64,000 bases of DNA from Octopus bimaculoides (lineage: Eukaryota), in NCBI RefSeq assembly GCF_001194135.2, contig NC_068982.1, positions 143,827,405 through 143,891,404 of the forward strand, given 5' to 3'. Positions 10,906-24,950 of the stretch are shown here, one piece after another. Below the pieces are notes generated by a model. That model saw nothing but the letters and a program-made list of their open reading frames with translations, had not been told where the DNA came from and made no database searches. Made by a program: the position numbers and the translations under genes. Positions within the stretch are counted from its first letter, which is position 1. Each line of letters opens with the position of its first letter.

Positions 10906-11630
10906 TGATGGACAGTTTAAAACGTTAGTAAGTTCTCATGTAAATGTAGGTGTTACATGAACGGAAAATTAGTGGTGCTATGCCGCTTCCACCTGAGAAT
11001 TAATCTAAAGATACATATATCAGCTACATGTTAATTCAATGTACTTGGTAGTATAGTTAGTTGATCGAACAACTTAATGCTTATGGTCAAAAATTCTGAC
11101 CGTGACATGTGTACACACGCAGGCACGCGCGTCATCCTCTAGTGGACAGCTATTACAAGGGAGGAGATAATAATTTCTTCAAAATATTTGGTGAGATTAG
11201 AAATTTGAATTTGATACTAAATGATTGTAAGGAAAACAATGCATAGAATTCAGTTTTCAGTTCCTTTTTTTTTCTTTTACTCATTTCGAATTTCATAAGA
11301 TTTCTAGCCAGTTGCAATCATGTATAAAACCATTTCATTCTTCTTAAAAATCGTCAGTATGAGATATAGCCTGGGATATATTAAACATTCTATGAAGCGA
11401 AGTGCTTCTTTTAGATGGAGCACACACACACACACACACAATAATTTGATGGACAATCTTTCGTGTTTTGCTTCGCTTCGTATATGTATTCTGTGAATTA
11501 TTCAGCTCTAAGGACCAACCAAATGAAATTCAGACTATAATACCAGTCTTCTTCACAACTTCCCTTTGGATATACACGAATACACATGAAGTTCTAAGAC
11601 AGGTTATATGTTGTGCCATTTAAATCGCGC

Positions 11631-11662
<32 letters not shown>

Positions 11663-13171
11663 NNNNNNNNNNNNNNNNNNNNNNNNNNNNNNNNNNNNNN
11701 NNNNNNNNNNNNNNNNNNNNNNNNNNNNNNNNNNNNNNNNNNNNNNNNNNNNNNNNNNNNNNNNNNNNNNNNNNNNNNNNNNNNNNNNNNNNNNNNNNNN
11801 NNNNNNNNNNNNNNNNNNNNNNNNNNNNNNNNNNNNNNNNNNNNNNNNNNNNNNNNATATATATACATGCATACAAATATCTTTTCTTGTGCAGTCAACT
11901 CCTTATGCAATCGAGTTTCGGCAGAGTTTGAACTTAATACCGATGGGATTGGGGTACCGCAACACCTTTAGCACTTTATTGAGTGTGTTATGGATTGTGT
12001 ATCCAACGTTGGTATTGTAATTGTTGTTCTTTCGCTTTTGGTCAGATCCGATCAAGCATATTTATGATCAAACACGTTTCAGTCTCGACCATATTCGACC
12101 ATACCTTGTGATATTCAGGACTACTATGTCATTTCCTTTTAAGTTGGTAAAGATTGATTTTAAGAGAGATTTGTTTGCTATTTTTAACAGGTTAAGCAAG
12201 TGGCAGTAGCTCCTTGTTTCAAGTGTATATGGTTGTTGTTGTCATTTAGTACCAAGTCAACATTGGGTAGATCGGTGATCAAAGGCGCTCCAGCTGTGAC
12301 AATGCTTGTCTTTTTTTAAGCGTTAGAGATTTGAGACTTGAGTGCTATTTTTAGCGAATTGAGCGAACGCATAAAGGTTATCTTAGCTCTTGAACCTAAA
12401 TTTGACGTTATCGTTATTGCTGACTTCCAGAACAACACTCTACAAAGGTATTATATCTATGACCACCCTGTCCTCCTCCTGGGCACTACTATATGTTGTC
12501 TATATTAGTTTATATGTCTACAAAGAAGACACATTAGACAATATAGTTCTGGATAAACAAGACAATGACCCAACCGTAGATGAAATGTCTTTCATCATAG
12601 GTCTTCTCAATCAGGGCTGACCTTGAGTTCAATAGTATGTGCTCGACAACTTACTAGTGTTTTCGACTGCTGGTATCCCTTAGAAGTTATTCCTTATATA
12701 AACCAACTAGAGAAAGTCAAGTTTTGTTTTGTGGTTTTAATGTTTTTGATTTTTATTGTTTTAATTCCTTAGGAAAAACTTTTTCAGTTTTGTAGAAAAA
12801 TATAGGCAATGCAACTGATATTATTGATAGTACTGGGTAATATAGAAGATGGACAGGTGAACAAAGATGTGACTTGTAGTTGGTTAAAGTGGAGTCGAAG
12901 AGTTAAAAAGATCTGTAAGCTGATTAGTTATTGACAAGGAGATGGCTGTAATGTCGGATTATCACAACATTATTCATGATTTTATTTAAGTTTCGATCGA
13001 TATATTATCTCTGAACCGTCTTCAGATAATATATTTTTTGTTGCAAAAAATGTGAGTGCTCGCAAAAATAATGCACCAAAAGAAGATACGGGAATACCCC
13101 TTTCAAAATTTAGTGAAGAAAGCACTCAAAAAGATAATTTGATAATCCGATTAAATAATACTATTCTCGTG

Positions 13172-13174
<3 letters not shown>

Positions 13175-13262
<88 letters not shown>
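13175..13262. repeat. (CA)n microsatellite
   Basis: Pure CA run read directly. Confidence 0.98.
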
Positions 13263-13265
<3 letters not shown>

Positions 13266-14091
13266 ACACACAAACAAACATTTCCATATCTGTTCGCTGT
13301 AAGTTGGATTTTGATTTTCTAAGAGAATTTTCTCTTGTTCTTTTACTCTGCTTGCATAGAACGAGGTTGAAATGTCCAAAACTGAATTAAACTTTATTCT
13401 ACGCTTAAAGAAGACAAAAATGAAACGTTTGGGTCTGAATTAGTAGAGTAAGTTCAAGGTTCTGTTGTTTAGAAATAGGTCGCTAAAGACAGTCGGTTCC
13501 TGGTACATATTTTGTGATAAGTCTTCTTATCTTAAGATTAGTTTCTTACCGCTGTTAAAGGCCACTAGGTTATCAGAAGTCTATTATAGAACGCACTAAA
13601 GCAATAACTGAAAAATCCTATAAAAATCAGAAATTTTAATCTTTTGTTAGATTTTTATTCTTAGGCAACGAGAAATCGACAGTATTTCCCTGCTGTGGAC
13701 ATCAGAGTTTAAAGTTCATTTTTGCTTCAGTTCACACATAGACATCAGAGAAATTGATGAAGTGAACTTTTTAGTTAATATCTTCCTACCATCTGAAAGA
13801 CGATCACCTTATCAGTTTGCTTATTGCCATAACTTTCTTTGCATTTTCTTTCTACTTGACCTGTGGCCAACAACATTAGCCTTCAGTATGTCAATATTAT
13901 TTACTTGATTTTATAAACGAACTCGTTAAAAGAAAATAAATAGTTTTTTTTACTATCGTTTTTACATATAATTTCGCTAACATGTCAATGTTATGTTTAT
14001 ACTTGCCCTCGGTATTTTTTGTATAAAATTTCAAACTTTACTGAAATACTTTCAATACTCCAGTTTATCAGGAATATTTATCCTTTAGATG

Positions 14092-14208
<117 letters not shown>

Positions 14209-15703
14209 TATGGAGGTAAATATCTAGTCTTAGTATTCTTTAGGGACATTTATAGATACTTCAAAAGCTATTTGTAGCAATTTAACACTAGTTTAGTTCG
14301 GTTTCAGAATGATGTTTGGTAAGGAAATAAATAGACGAAATAAACTACATTTGAACTTGAATTTTATGTTATAGAAAAGTTTTACATTTAAATACATGAT
14401 TTTATTTTTTTATCACATGATTTATTAATGAAATTCCACAGACTGACATACAATACATCAAGTTATATTGCTTATATGAATCAAATTACGTTGCATTGTA
14501 AAGTAAATTGATTATAAAATATATTCAGTTTAAAATTTTTCCATAGAGTTGATTGTTTAAAAGTAGTTTTGTTACATGAATCTCAATAAATAATATTATA
14601 TGAGCAATTAATTACATCGCGCAAGAGTTATTTTAGTCATCTAAACACACGTAAAAGCTGTTAAATCCGCTTTGGTTTATTTCACTAATGTGATTTGGTC
14701 ACTGATACAGTTCCTCTTCAAATCATCTTACTTGCAAGACAAGTGTAACTTTGAATTATATGAATCTTATGTAAAATTTTCAGTAGAGAATTTTTGAAGA
14801 GAAGGCGCCCAAATACTCTCTATCGAATTAGTGTTCATTGTTTCGAAGTTGGTTTTGAGAAACTTCGTGAAATTAGTGCCTAATATGAAAGTTGGATGTT
14901 ACTGTGTAAACGATTATTGAGAATTGATCCGTATTAGCTGTATAGATAAGTTATTGGCTTCTTAGCTGAAGAAATCGTTAGTTCATAACTCGTCTCCTTC
15001 GATGTTTTGGACCTGACGCACTTGGTAATAGAGAATGAATAAGATCAGCCGTGGAAATAGCACGATAATGGGATATTAATATTTTATGGAGCGTGCTCAT
15101 ATTTCATAAACTTTACATAGTAGAGTTTGATCTAATATATTTTGATTTAATTTGAAAACGAATTAAAACTGTATAATTTTATGAAAAGTCAGGTAAAACA
15201 TGGTCTGTACAAGTATCTAATTCATACAAGAAATATTTCTCAAACATTAGTTGACATTCAATTATGCTACATTGAAAATCATTTAATTTTCAAATAGGAA
15301 AGTCAAAATAGAATTATATTAAGATTTTAACTGTCCCTTTTTCATGTTAGAAGGTGACGATGAATTATTTAGGCTTATAAAATTGATGTTATATTGTTGA
15401 GCTAGTTGATATACTAATGGAAAATTTTCTTTGAAAGCTTGTAGTTCATTGAAATTTATAATTAATTTTCAGAGTTTGCGGCGCTACATACTTGCATGCC
15501 CCTTCTCTCTCTCTCCTTCACACATATTTACATACTGATGAAAATATACTCATACATACAAACTCTTGTAGAAATTATNNNNNNNNNNNNNNNNNNNNNN
15601 NNNNNNNNNNNNNNNNNNNNNNNNNNNNNNNNNNNNNNNNNNNNNNNNNNNNNNNNNNNNNNNNNNNNNNNNNNNNNNNNNNNNNNNNNNNNNNNNNNNN
15701 NNN

Positions 15704-15746
<43 letters not shown>

Positions 15747-16177
15747 TTATTTATTTATTCATTTATAGTGTGTGTGTGTGTGTGTTTCTACTTAATTTTG
15801 TATCTATGGACAAATCAAATTATAAAATAGGTGATCGTTTTGCGCAGTTCCTGTATTTCCGTGGGTGCTTATAGAACAGGGCCAACAAAAATTTGTAAAT
15901 GGAGCCATAGTGATGTGAAATAATTTTTTTTTCAAAGAGAGTATTTGAAATTACGGGTGAGATGTCTGTATAACTAAACGTACTGACATTCTGTCATTCA
16001 TCCATGTAGACATTCGTCTTCAACATTCTATGAATTCCAACAAAAAGACGTTAGTCTCCTTGAAAGGTACCGAATGTTATTTTCTTCAAAGGAAACATCA
16101 AAGGAACCGTCAGTATGATATAATTATACATATACATAATTAAATATATGTATACACACAAACACACACGCTCTTTC

Positions 16178-16209
<32 letters not shown>

Positions 16210-16477
16210 AGAGAGAGGGGGAGGAAGAGGAGGAGGAGGAAGAGGAAAAGAAGAAGAAGAAAAGGAGGAGGAGGACTCAATTCCAGTACTTGGTTGATAC
16301 TTTATATTATTGAACCCGAAAGGATTAAAGTGCTCTGAACTAAAAGCATTGAAGCAGAACAAATACTGTAAGGCATTCTAGCTAATTCTTTAACGACTCT
16401 ACTGCCTTATGTCAGCTGTTATTCTTTTAATTATTGGACGGCTATCATGTAGGGACATCATCTTGAAGTGTTTAGCC

Positions 16478-16720
16478 CGGTGGTTATCAACAGGGTTCCA
16501 TATGGCCCTTTGGGGGTCCATATAAGATTTTGTTGTTATAATTCATATGCAATAAATTTATCATACTTCTACATCACACTAACTATTTTTTATACGATTT
16601 AATACTATCTAATCATAAAAACATAATAGTATTTCTAAACTTCGAATGGCTATGGGGGTCCATCCAAGTAAAATAGAAATCAAAGGGGTCCATAGACAAA
16701 AAAGAGGTTGAGAAACACTG
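16478..16720 (+). mobile_element. hAT (Charlie-like) MITE
   Basis: Imperfect TIRs CGGTGGTTATCAAC / GTTGAGAAACACTG (cf. CAGTGGTTCTCAAC). 8-bp TSD GTTTAGCC (16470-77) / GGTTAGCC (16721-28). Internal repeated GGGGTCCAT motifs. Confidence 0.8.
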
Positions 16721-18128
16721 GGTTAGCCGAACAAATCAACTCCTACTTTTTAAAGTTCTGTACCTATTGTATGGGACTGAAACCGAAACCACGCGGTTGC
16801 AAAGCGCACTTATTAACTGTACAGGCGTGTCTGCGACCCTCCCCTTTTCTATGTGTATGTATAAAAAAACAGGGGGCAATGAGAGTGTGTCTCCGTGTAT
16901 TTATGTTAAATCACGACGACAAACATAAATTATCAAGTAATATTAGACTACAAACGAGCCACATGTGTCTACGACTGGGACTAAAATATGTTGGTTTTCT
17001 CCGTTTCCATCAAGAAAGTTCTTTAATAGGTCAGCATGAGAAATTGCAACTTCAAACACCACTAGAGATATTAAGTTTGTAATGTGGGCCATATTGCAAC
17101 GCTTTTCCAATTTCTTTTCTATTTCCTGTTTCATACTGTTGTTGTCGTAATTGTTGTTGTTTCTGCTGCTGTCATCACCGCCGCCGTGTTGTTTTACAGT
17201 TATTTGATCACGTGAATTGCAATATATATCTCTTGAACTTCCGTTCGGTACATTAACTTCTATTTCAGCAATGTGCTTTCTATCATTCCTAGAATGTCGC
17301 AAACATCAGTAAAGTCTAATAAAGAAAGATCTGTGTGTTATCCCCGGTAACGAATATCTGTAATGTTGGAAATAATTACCCATGATTGCTGCCGTGGTTA
17401 CATCCCTAAGGAGTCGTTCATAAAAAGAAAGAGCTGTGTAAGACTGGAGAAATACAATTACCCTCGAGCTTACAACGTTCTTAGACAAAAGGTTGGATAA
17501 ATAAATGGATGAATATGTATATAAATAAAGAGTGAAAGTAAGACAGATAAAGAAGAAAGAAACGCCACACTTCAAACAATATTCTTTTGTACACAATGTA
17601 TTTAATCTTGTCGCTAATGATTGTTGTAAGCCACTGTAGACAGGAAATGGTTTCAAGTAACAACGGTCACACACGCACGCACACACACACACACGCCGCT
17701 TAAAATCTCTCTATTGTTCCATTTCATGCTTCCATGCAAATATAGCAGACCAATTCGCATTAAAAAGTAATGTCCAGCGAAGATCGGACATTACTTTTTA
17801 ATATTGCTATTTAGCCATAATCAAGTAAACCTATAATCAAAGATATTCCAATGGTGGTCATCTTGTCTTTTTATTTCTCAGATATAGTGGAACCTCGACT
17901 ACTTTTATCCCATATTTCCTTTCTTTTTCTCTTTTCTCTTTTCTTTTCTTTTTCTTAAACAGTAAGATATGATTTGAGAGAAATTTAGCTTCTATTTCTA
18001 GCAGGTTGAGCAACTATGAAGAGGCTTTTCCGTTGAATCATCGTTTCTAATGTAGTGGTGGAAGATCACGATAAACAAATGCGGTTTCTTATAGCTTTCT
18101 CCAAGTACTTGCGAGGATTTGAGTTCAG

Positions 18129-18132
<4 letters not shown>

Positions 18133-18204
<72 letters not shown>
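18133..18204. repeat. (CT)n microsatellite
   Basis: Read directly. Confidence 0.98.
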
Positions 18205-18207
<3 letters not shown>

Positions 18208-18789
18208 ATTGTATATTCATTATAAGATTTATAATAGGTATAAAGGCCCGTCAGTTTTACTATACACTTTCCGCCTGCAACAATTAACTGCATTTACATG
18301 TCATCTATTTAAAGATTGTTAGACAGAGCCATTTAGAGACGACTGAGTTAGTTAAAAAGTTTCGATTTCGATGAAAAACCTCTCCAAGACCCAGAGTCCT
18401 ATTTAAATCTTCTAATGTCTACGTACGATGCAGGTGACTAATTAACCAACCCAACCCAACCCCTCAAATTAACAGAGACACGTAATCACTTAACGAAAGG
18501 CAAAACGGAATGTTTGTGGCTGCAGATTCTTGGAGATACTAATTCATTGGCGCCCAGCATACTGGCTTCACGAAATAAAACGTATGGAAGGTGAAACTCA
18601 CCTTAAACGGAACACCGTTACTGGATGAATCGACTCGATCATTTCATCTACATACTTGTATTTCCTTCATTCCAAAAGAGCTCAACTCCTGGTGGAATGG
18701 AAGGAAAGTGACGCTGTCGTTTCGTACGGTGTCTTGGATAACTAAACTTGGTAGAGGCCATCCTTCTTCAAGTTTGACCGAAAAAAGAA

Positions 18790-18935
18790 AGGGATAAATC
18801 TAGTACCGGACTGATACGTTAATGGCCCCGAATGTATAAAAGGCAAAGTTCACCTCAGTGGAAAGTGAACTCAAGATGCAGAGGGCCGAAACGATTATAG
18901 CAAGGCATTTTACAATAGCACTGCTAACTCACCGT
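18790..18935 (-). mobile_element. SINE family A, diverged
   Basis: AAAGGCAAAGTTCACCTCAGTGGAAAGTGAACTCAAGA...GCATTT motif order, matching the other copies. Confidence 0.7.
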
Positions 18936-18964
18936 CTTATCATTACTACTACGATACATCAAGG

Positions 18965-19025
<61 letters not shown>

Positions 19026-19172
19026 TGATGTAAACCAGTTGGATCCTCAAAACTTTCCCTGATCATACTTAGGAGAGAACGGCTGCAAGCTTATGTGTGA
19101 CACACACACATGTATACATGCATAACAAACCTACGCTATTTAAATTCAGAACGTAAAGACGGACGAAATGCT

Positions 19173-19237
19173 GCCGGGAATCGAACTCATGACTACGATT
19201 ACGATCCGAATAGTCTGACCACTAAGCCATGCCCCTT
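19173..19237 (-). mobile_element. tRNA-derived SINE head (degenerate)
   Basis: Reverse complement GGGGCATGGCTTAGTGGTCAG...GAGTTCGATTCCCGGCAG carries A-box and B-box; no intact cloverleaf. Confidence 0.7.
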
Positions 19238-22200
19238 CACTCAGGAAGACATTACATTGAACTAAAAGAATAACAATTATATTCTTCTTTCGTTTTTTTC
19301 TTCACTATAAAATTCTAGTTCACCTGTTTTGTTAGCCATCCAATTCTTGTAAACAATTTTCAGCTGAACATAATCAAAAGTCAATTTATATTGGATTTGA
19401 CATATTAAAAGGCAATTGAATTANNNNNNNNNNNNNNNNNNNNNNNNNNNNNNNNNNNNNNNNNNNNNNNNNNNNNNNNNNNNNNNNNNNNNNNNNNNNN
19501 NNNNNNNNNNNNNNNNNNNNNNNNNNNNNNNNNNNNNNNNNNNNNNNNNNNNNNNNNNNNNNNNNNNNNNNNNNNNNNNNNNNNNNNNNNNNNNNNNNNN
19601 NNNNNNNNNNNNNNNNNNNNNNNNNNNNNNNNNNNNNNNNNNNNNNNNNNNNNNNNNNNNNNNNNNNNNNNNNNNNNNNNNNNNNNNNNNNNNNNNNNNN
19701 NNNNNNNNNNNNNNNNNNNNNNNNNNNNNNNNNNNNNNNNNNNNNNNNNNNNNNNNNNNNNNNNNNNNNNNNNNNNNNNNNNNNNNNNNNNNNNNNNNNN
19801 NNNNNNNNNNNNNNNNNNNNNNNNNNNNNNNNNNNNNNNNNNNNNNNNNNNNNNNNNNNNNNNNNNNNNNNNNNNNNNNNNNNNNNNNNNNNNNNNNNNN
19901 NNNNNNNNNNNNNNNNNNNNNNNNNNNNNNNNNNNNNNNNNNNNNNNNNNNNNNNNNNNNNNNNNNNNNNNNNNNNNNNNNNNNNNNNNNNNNNNNNNNN
20001 NNNNNNNNNNNNNNNNNNNNNNNNNNNNNNNNNNNNNNNNNNNNNNNNNNNNNNNNNNNNNNNNNNNNNNNNNNNNNNNNNNNNNNNNNNNNNNNNNNNN
20101 NNNNNNNNNNNNNNNNNNNNNNNNNNNNNNNNNNNNNNNNNNNNNNNNNNNNNNNNNNNNNNNNNNNNNNNNNNNNNNNNNNNNNNNNNNNNNNNNNNNN
20201 NNNNNNNNNNNNNNNNNNNNNNNNNNNNNNNNNNNNNNNNNNNNNNNNNNNNNNNNNNNNNNNNNNNNNNATAAAAATAACCACGAAGTTACAGATCGCA
20301 GTGCTGAACAACAAACCAAATTGATGTGCCATCCGTAAACTGGTAATACTGAATTCAAATTCTAATAAGAACTAAAGCTTGAAAACAGATGAAGAATATG
20401 AAAATTTCCTCTTCAAATGACAGGACTTCATCCAAAATGATATAAGTAAACATCTGAAAGAGTTTATAGTACCTTACTCAATGGTTGACAATAATTTGAT
20501 TTAGTGAAAATGTGCAACAGAACTGTTCAGATAATTTCCATCAAATTTACTATCAATATTTATAATTTCACTTAAAAGGCAGGTTACAAAAATAAAGAAC
20601 AAAGTAATATCAGCATTGAAATCTTTAGTGAATTTAAATCCTGAAGGAATTCAGAATATCAATAAGACAATTGAATCACTAGATTTTCCATTATAACAAT
20701 TCAATGTTTAGTTGTTTAAATCCATCTCGGTCCTGATCAAGAAGACCTGATCTAATGTTCAATTTGTGGTTAAAAACACATTTTTAGGCATAATATATAT
20801 ACTTTTTTAAGGTGGTCGAGATTTGGCTGCTATTTCCTGTTGTTTAAGGTACTGCATAGACTTTGGAAACATTGCATCATCTTCAGTACGTCAAAGTAAA
20901 AAAAGCTGTAGTTACTTTGGTGGGATACCAAAGTTTGAAAAATGATTTTTCCTTTAAAATATGCAGAAGTTTACATTTTGGTATCACATTAAAAGGTTAA
21001 AGCCTTAAATACAACTTCTGCCTGCCCGACTTGGCAATGATCAGCCCAATATCGGCTTGCCCAATATGAACCGTATGGGGCCTTTGAGAACATGAACTCG
21101 TGTTTTTTAGGGAGATGATGATTGGTAATATTGGAACACCTCAAACGTGAATAAATGTCCGAGGAATGTCTTTTGAGGTATATGTAATGAAAGTTTTATA
21201 CCCAAGGATCCATCATAATTGTGGACAATATTTATTGTCCGCAATCAAGATTATACATTGGCATTTAAAAGACACACAAGGGAGACCTGGAGAACTAGCA
21301 AAAGACAGAGTGAGCCTCACGGAGCAAAGATGCCATGACAAAAGCAGATAACAAAAAGGAATTGCTTTCACCTCTTTCAGTAAAAAAAAGGATAAGTCTG
21401 TCAATCGGGTGATCAAGTACTTAATATAAGAAATGGCGCCTCGGCAAGACAATGAAATAATGAGAAGGCGGATATTTGTAGTCTGGTATACCTTCATGGT
21501 CTCTACGACTCATTCTTTGGGTGGGTAATTGTATATTCCTCATAAATTTTAAAACACTTTCCAAAATTAATAGAGTTATTTAATGCATTTAAACTTTTGT
21601 ATTGAAACTTTGGTTGTTAAGAAACTTGGATGAACTGAGAGTGTAGTCTTTATATTTCATGTATATAATATATAAATACTGATATCTCATTTGATCAGCT
21701 TTTTCTTCTAAGAATTTTCAATTACCTTTAAAATAACCGGCCATAAACATCGCATCTTATAGAGATATAATAATTGAAAATATGATTGCAGGCCTTCTGA
21801 CAGCAAATAACACTAAATATCTACAAAATAGACCATCAACTCAAAAGTTGAAACAGTTTGAATATTGTCATCTCGAAAAGACCGTGTAATTCTTCTTCAA
21901 CTTACATACCCCGTAGTGGGCTATCTTTATCCACTCTAGATGAAGCGTTAATTTAGGACTTTACTTGTAAACTATTAGAAAGTAAATTTCTACCCCAGTT
22001 TGAAATGGAGCACTCCACTACTTTGAATACAAGGAGTAAATATGGCTGCATGGTTAAGAAAGTCGCTTCGTATGCATGCAGTTCTGGGTTCTGTTTTGTA
22101 CTTTAGCTTGAAATTGACCACTATTTTGTGGTTGATAATTGGTAGAGGGAAACTCCGTATGGTGGTGGCGGGGGATATTATGGCGATGTACATCAGCGAA

Positions 22201-23050
22201 GGATACATTGACAAGACAAGCGAATACCCATTATTTTACGAAACGCTGCATCGGATTACAAAACTGTCATTCTCGCCGTCTGAAAATGACTGAACCAGGG
22301 ATTTGTTTGTTATAAATGATGTTACTGTTTACCAATTTTGCTGTAAAATAAAACTTACTGTAACAGAATGAAAAACCTATAATTGAAAATGCTTTCTGGA
22401 TTCACGACTCCAACGTAAATGAAGATATCCTGACTAATTAGAGGAGGATGTACATAAACATGACGCTTATACACTCATCACGAATATCGAATCTATACCT
22501 TCATGAATACAGAACTCTGCGGTTTATGGGTCATAAAATTTGAAACACATTGTAAACGATAAACCAAGATGATAAGATTGGTAATGGTCCTCGGTTCCAT
22601 AGCCAAGAACAGGCGAGACGATCCCGACCCTTTTTGGGTAAGAAACCAGTCCGTCGTAGATATAACTCAAAGAAAATTTGAAGCGATAAAACTAACAGAA
22701 TTTTTTTTTTAATCTTAAAGTCGGTTTCAGTACTGTTTATTTTAATTCAATTGCATAACGTTGTAAATATAATATATTTACTAATATATTTAACTTTACA
22801 CTCCAATTACACACATAGAATAAAGTGTTCTGGTTAAACATTACAAAGTGTTAGTAGCAAACACAAACTCTCCATTCCTACATTTTTCATATCTTTCTTT
22901 TAATGGATTTTTTTTTTTTACTTTCTTCATTTTTTACTTTGTTGTGTTATTATTCAATTTTCATTGGTTCTTTATTTTAATCTAAATATCTATAGCTGGT
23001 CTGTTTTGTTTCAACAATGTTAACGCTTACTTGTTTTTGATCCTATCAAG

Positions 23051-23092
23051 GTGCCGTGCAGAAGAGGAATATAATCACAGCTAATCTGAAAA
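23051..23092 (+). CDS. Candidate 42-nt symmetric phase-1 exon (G)AVQKRNIITANLK (unverified)
   Basis: Pyrimidine-rich acceptor TTACTTGTTTTTGATCCTATCAAG| and consensus donor AAAA|GTAAGT; only one frame is open. Confidence 0.25.
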
Positions 23093-23689
23093 GTAAGTTA
23101 ATTTTTAATACACATTAAACAACATTTCCAAGCCAATTTATAATTCCAGTGAATAAATAAGGCAAGTGAAAGAAATAACTAAGTTCGTCAAATATCTCTT
23201 CAATCACATTAGCTAATTAAAAACAAAACAAAATTCAGATGAATTCTTTTGCTAACGGATGTATTCATGTAGTATTTTTTCCTGCATTAAAACGAAATCT
23301 TCGCATGATAAAGAAATCTCCCCAGTACATTTGTCTCATTTTAAAAAAGAATTTCAAGTAACTGTTTCTTTTAACTCGCCGATTGCTTGGCACTTCCATT
23401 TCTTTGTTCCATCCGCTTCCTACGCCTATCACTTCTAGAGTGGGCCTCTTGTGTGGTCGTTGAATTTGTTAGAAGTAGCAGTTAACTCTATCTCAGCACA
23501 TACCCTACTGTCTTAAAGGACATATTCGATAATGAGTTTGAGACGCCTTATTTTTTTCTGGGTGGCGAGAGAGAAAAAAAAAAGAAAAATGAAGTTTGAA
23601 TATATTTTTATCACGGGTGTGCTCGATCAGGAGCTGACCGGTTGCTAAGTAACGTACTGTCCAATCCTTAAATTTTGGAACTCCTAGAA

Positions 23690-24295
23690 TCTAGATGTCA
23701 GAATCATTAGCACGTTGGACAAAACGCTTAACAGCATTTCTTCCGATTCATTACGTTTTAAGTTGAAATCCAGAAAAAATAAAGTACCAGTCAAGTAATG
23801 GAGTCTGTGTAATCGACTAACGCCGCCTCCAAAAAAAAAACGAAAAAAAGAAAAGAAAAACTGCTAGTCTTGTGCCAAAACTTGAAACGAAGGTTGTGAG
23901 TTGGCAGAATCGTTGACACGCTGGACAAAATGCTTGGCTGCATTTCGTCTGTTCTGAGTTAAGATTACACTGAGGTCGATGAAATAAGTATCAACTGAAC
24001 ACTGAGGTCGATATGAGACTAATCCCCTCTCGCAAAATTTCAGGCCTTGTGCCTATGATAGAAAGGATTATTGTAGTAAAGGCGGTGAGCTGGTAGAATC
24101 GTTCAAAATGCTAAGCGGCATTTCTTCCGGTTCTTTACCTTCTCAGCTTAAATCCCACCGAGGTCAACTTTGCCTTTCATCCTTTTGGAGGTCGATAAGG
24201 TACCTGTAATGGAGTACATCGAGGTCGATAAAGTCTATTAACCAACCCACTTACCCCTAAAAAATTGCTGACTTTGTACTAAAATCTGAAGCAAC
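23690..24295 (+). mobile_element. Tandem cluster of three SINE family A copies
   Basis: Three heads (GTCAGAATCATTAGCACG ~23697, GGCAGAATCGTTGACACG ~23903, GGCGGTGAGCTGGTAGAATCG 24081), each followed by body sequence. Confidence 0.8.
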
Positions 24296-24369
24296 TATTA
24301 TTATAGTAATAATGATAAAAAAAATTAGCCTAGATACAAGGTTACATTTTTTTCGCCAGACGTATAATC

Positions 24370-24950
24370 ATTTTAATCAGCCGACAGAACTTGGCTGGTA
24401 ATTTTGTTTTTTATCGATTCCGGAAGGCAAAGGCATCCTCGGAATCATTAGAATACATAATCTAAAGATGTGACTAAATGCAGAAAGGCGTTGTGCCCAA
24501 CGCTCTTTAGATTTTTAATACACCACCACCCTGCAATGGTTATTAATAATTGTTTCTCGCATTGGCAGAAGACCAGGAATTTAGGTGAAGAGGTTAGTCG
24601 ATTAAACTAACCCAGTATTTGACTAGTGTATCATTTTATCCACCTCAGGATAAGGAAATGCAAAACTAACCTCGGGATTTGAACAGAAACTGTAAAGATC
24701 CAGGAGAGATAATGCCTGTTGGTATCGAACGCGCTAACGATTTTACTAATACAATGCCTTAAATTTAGGCAAAAGGTTAGCAATTTTCAGTGAAGAGGTA
24801 AGTCGAGGAAATCAACCCTAGTATTTATTTTACCGATCCCTAAAGGATGAAAGACAAAGTTTACTTCGGTGGGATTTGAACTTAGAGCCAGAAGAAATAC
24901 TGCAACGTACTTCTCCCGACACTCTACTGATTCTACCAATCCATATTTCT
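24370..24950 (-). mobile_element. Cluster of diverged SINE family A copies
   Basis: Repeated AAGGCAAAG...CCTCGG...GATTTGAAC and CGCTAACGATT motifs. Confidence 0.7.

Noticed and set aside
12970-13035. Minus-strand CTGAAGA...GAAAC as a hammerhead (also GTGATGA...CGAAAT at ~57270-57305)
   Set aside because: Helices I, II and III cannot be formed consistently.
13731-13885. Open frame between acceptor and donor (SHIDIREIDEVNF..., superficially like a Cys-loop receptor segment)
   Set aside because: Downstream residues do not fit Cys-loop motifs, and an equally plausible exon can be read on the opposite strand, showing how easily such candidates arise.
16943-17500. 119-aa minus-strand ORF and 45-aa plus-strand ORF (MLEIITHDCCRG...)
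   Set aside because: No recognisable domain; partly driven by GTT/GCT/GCC triplet low complexity.
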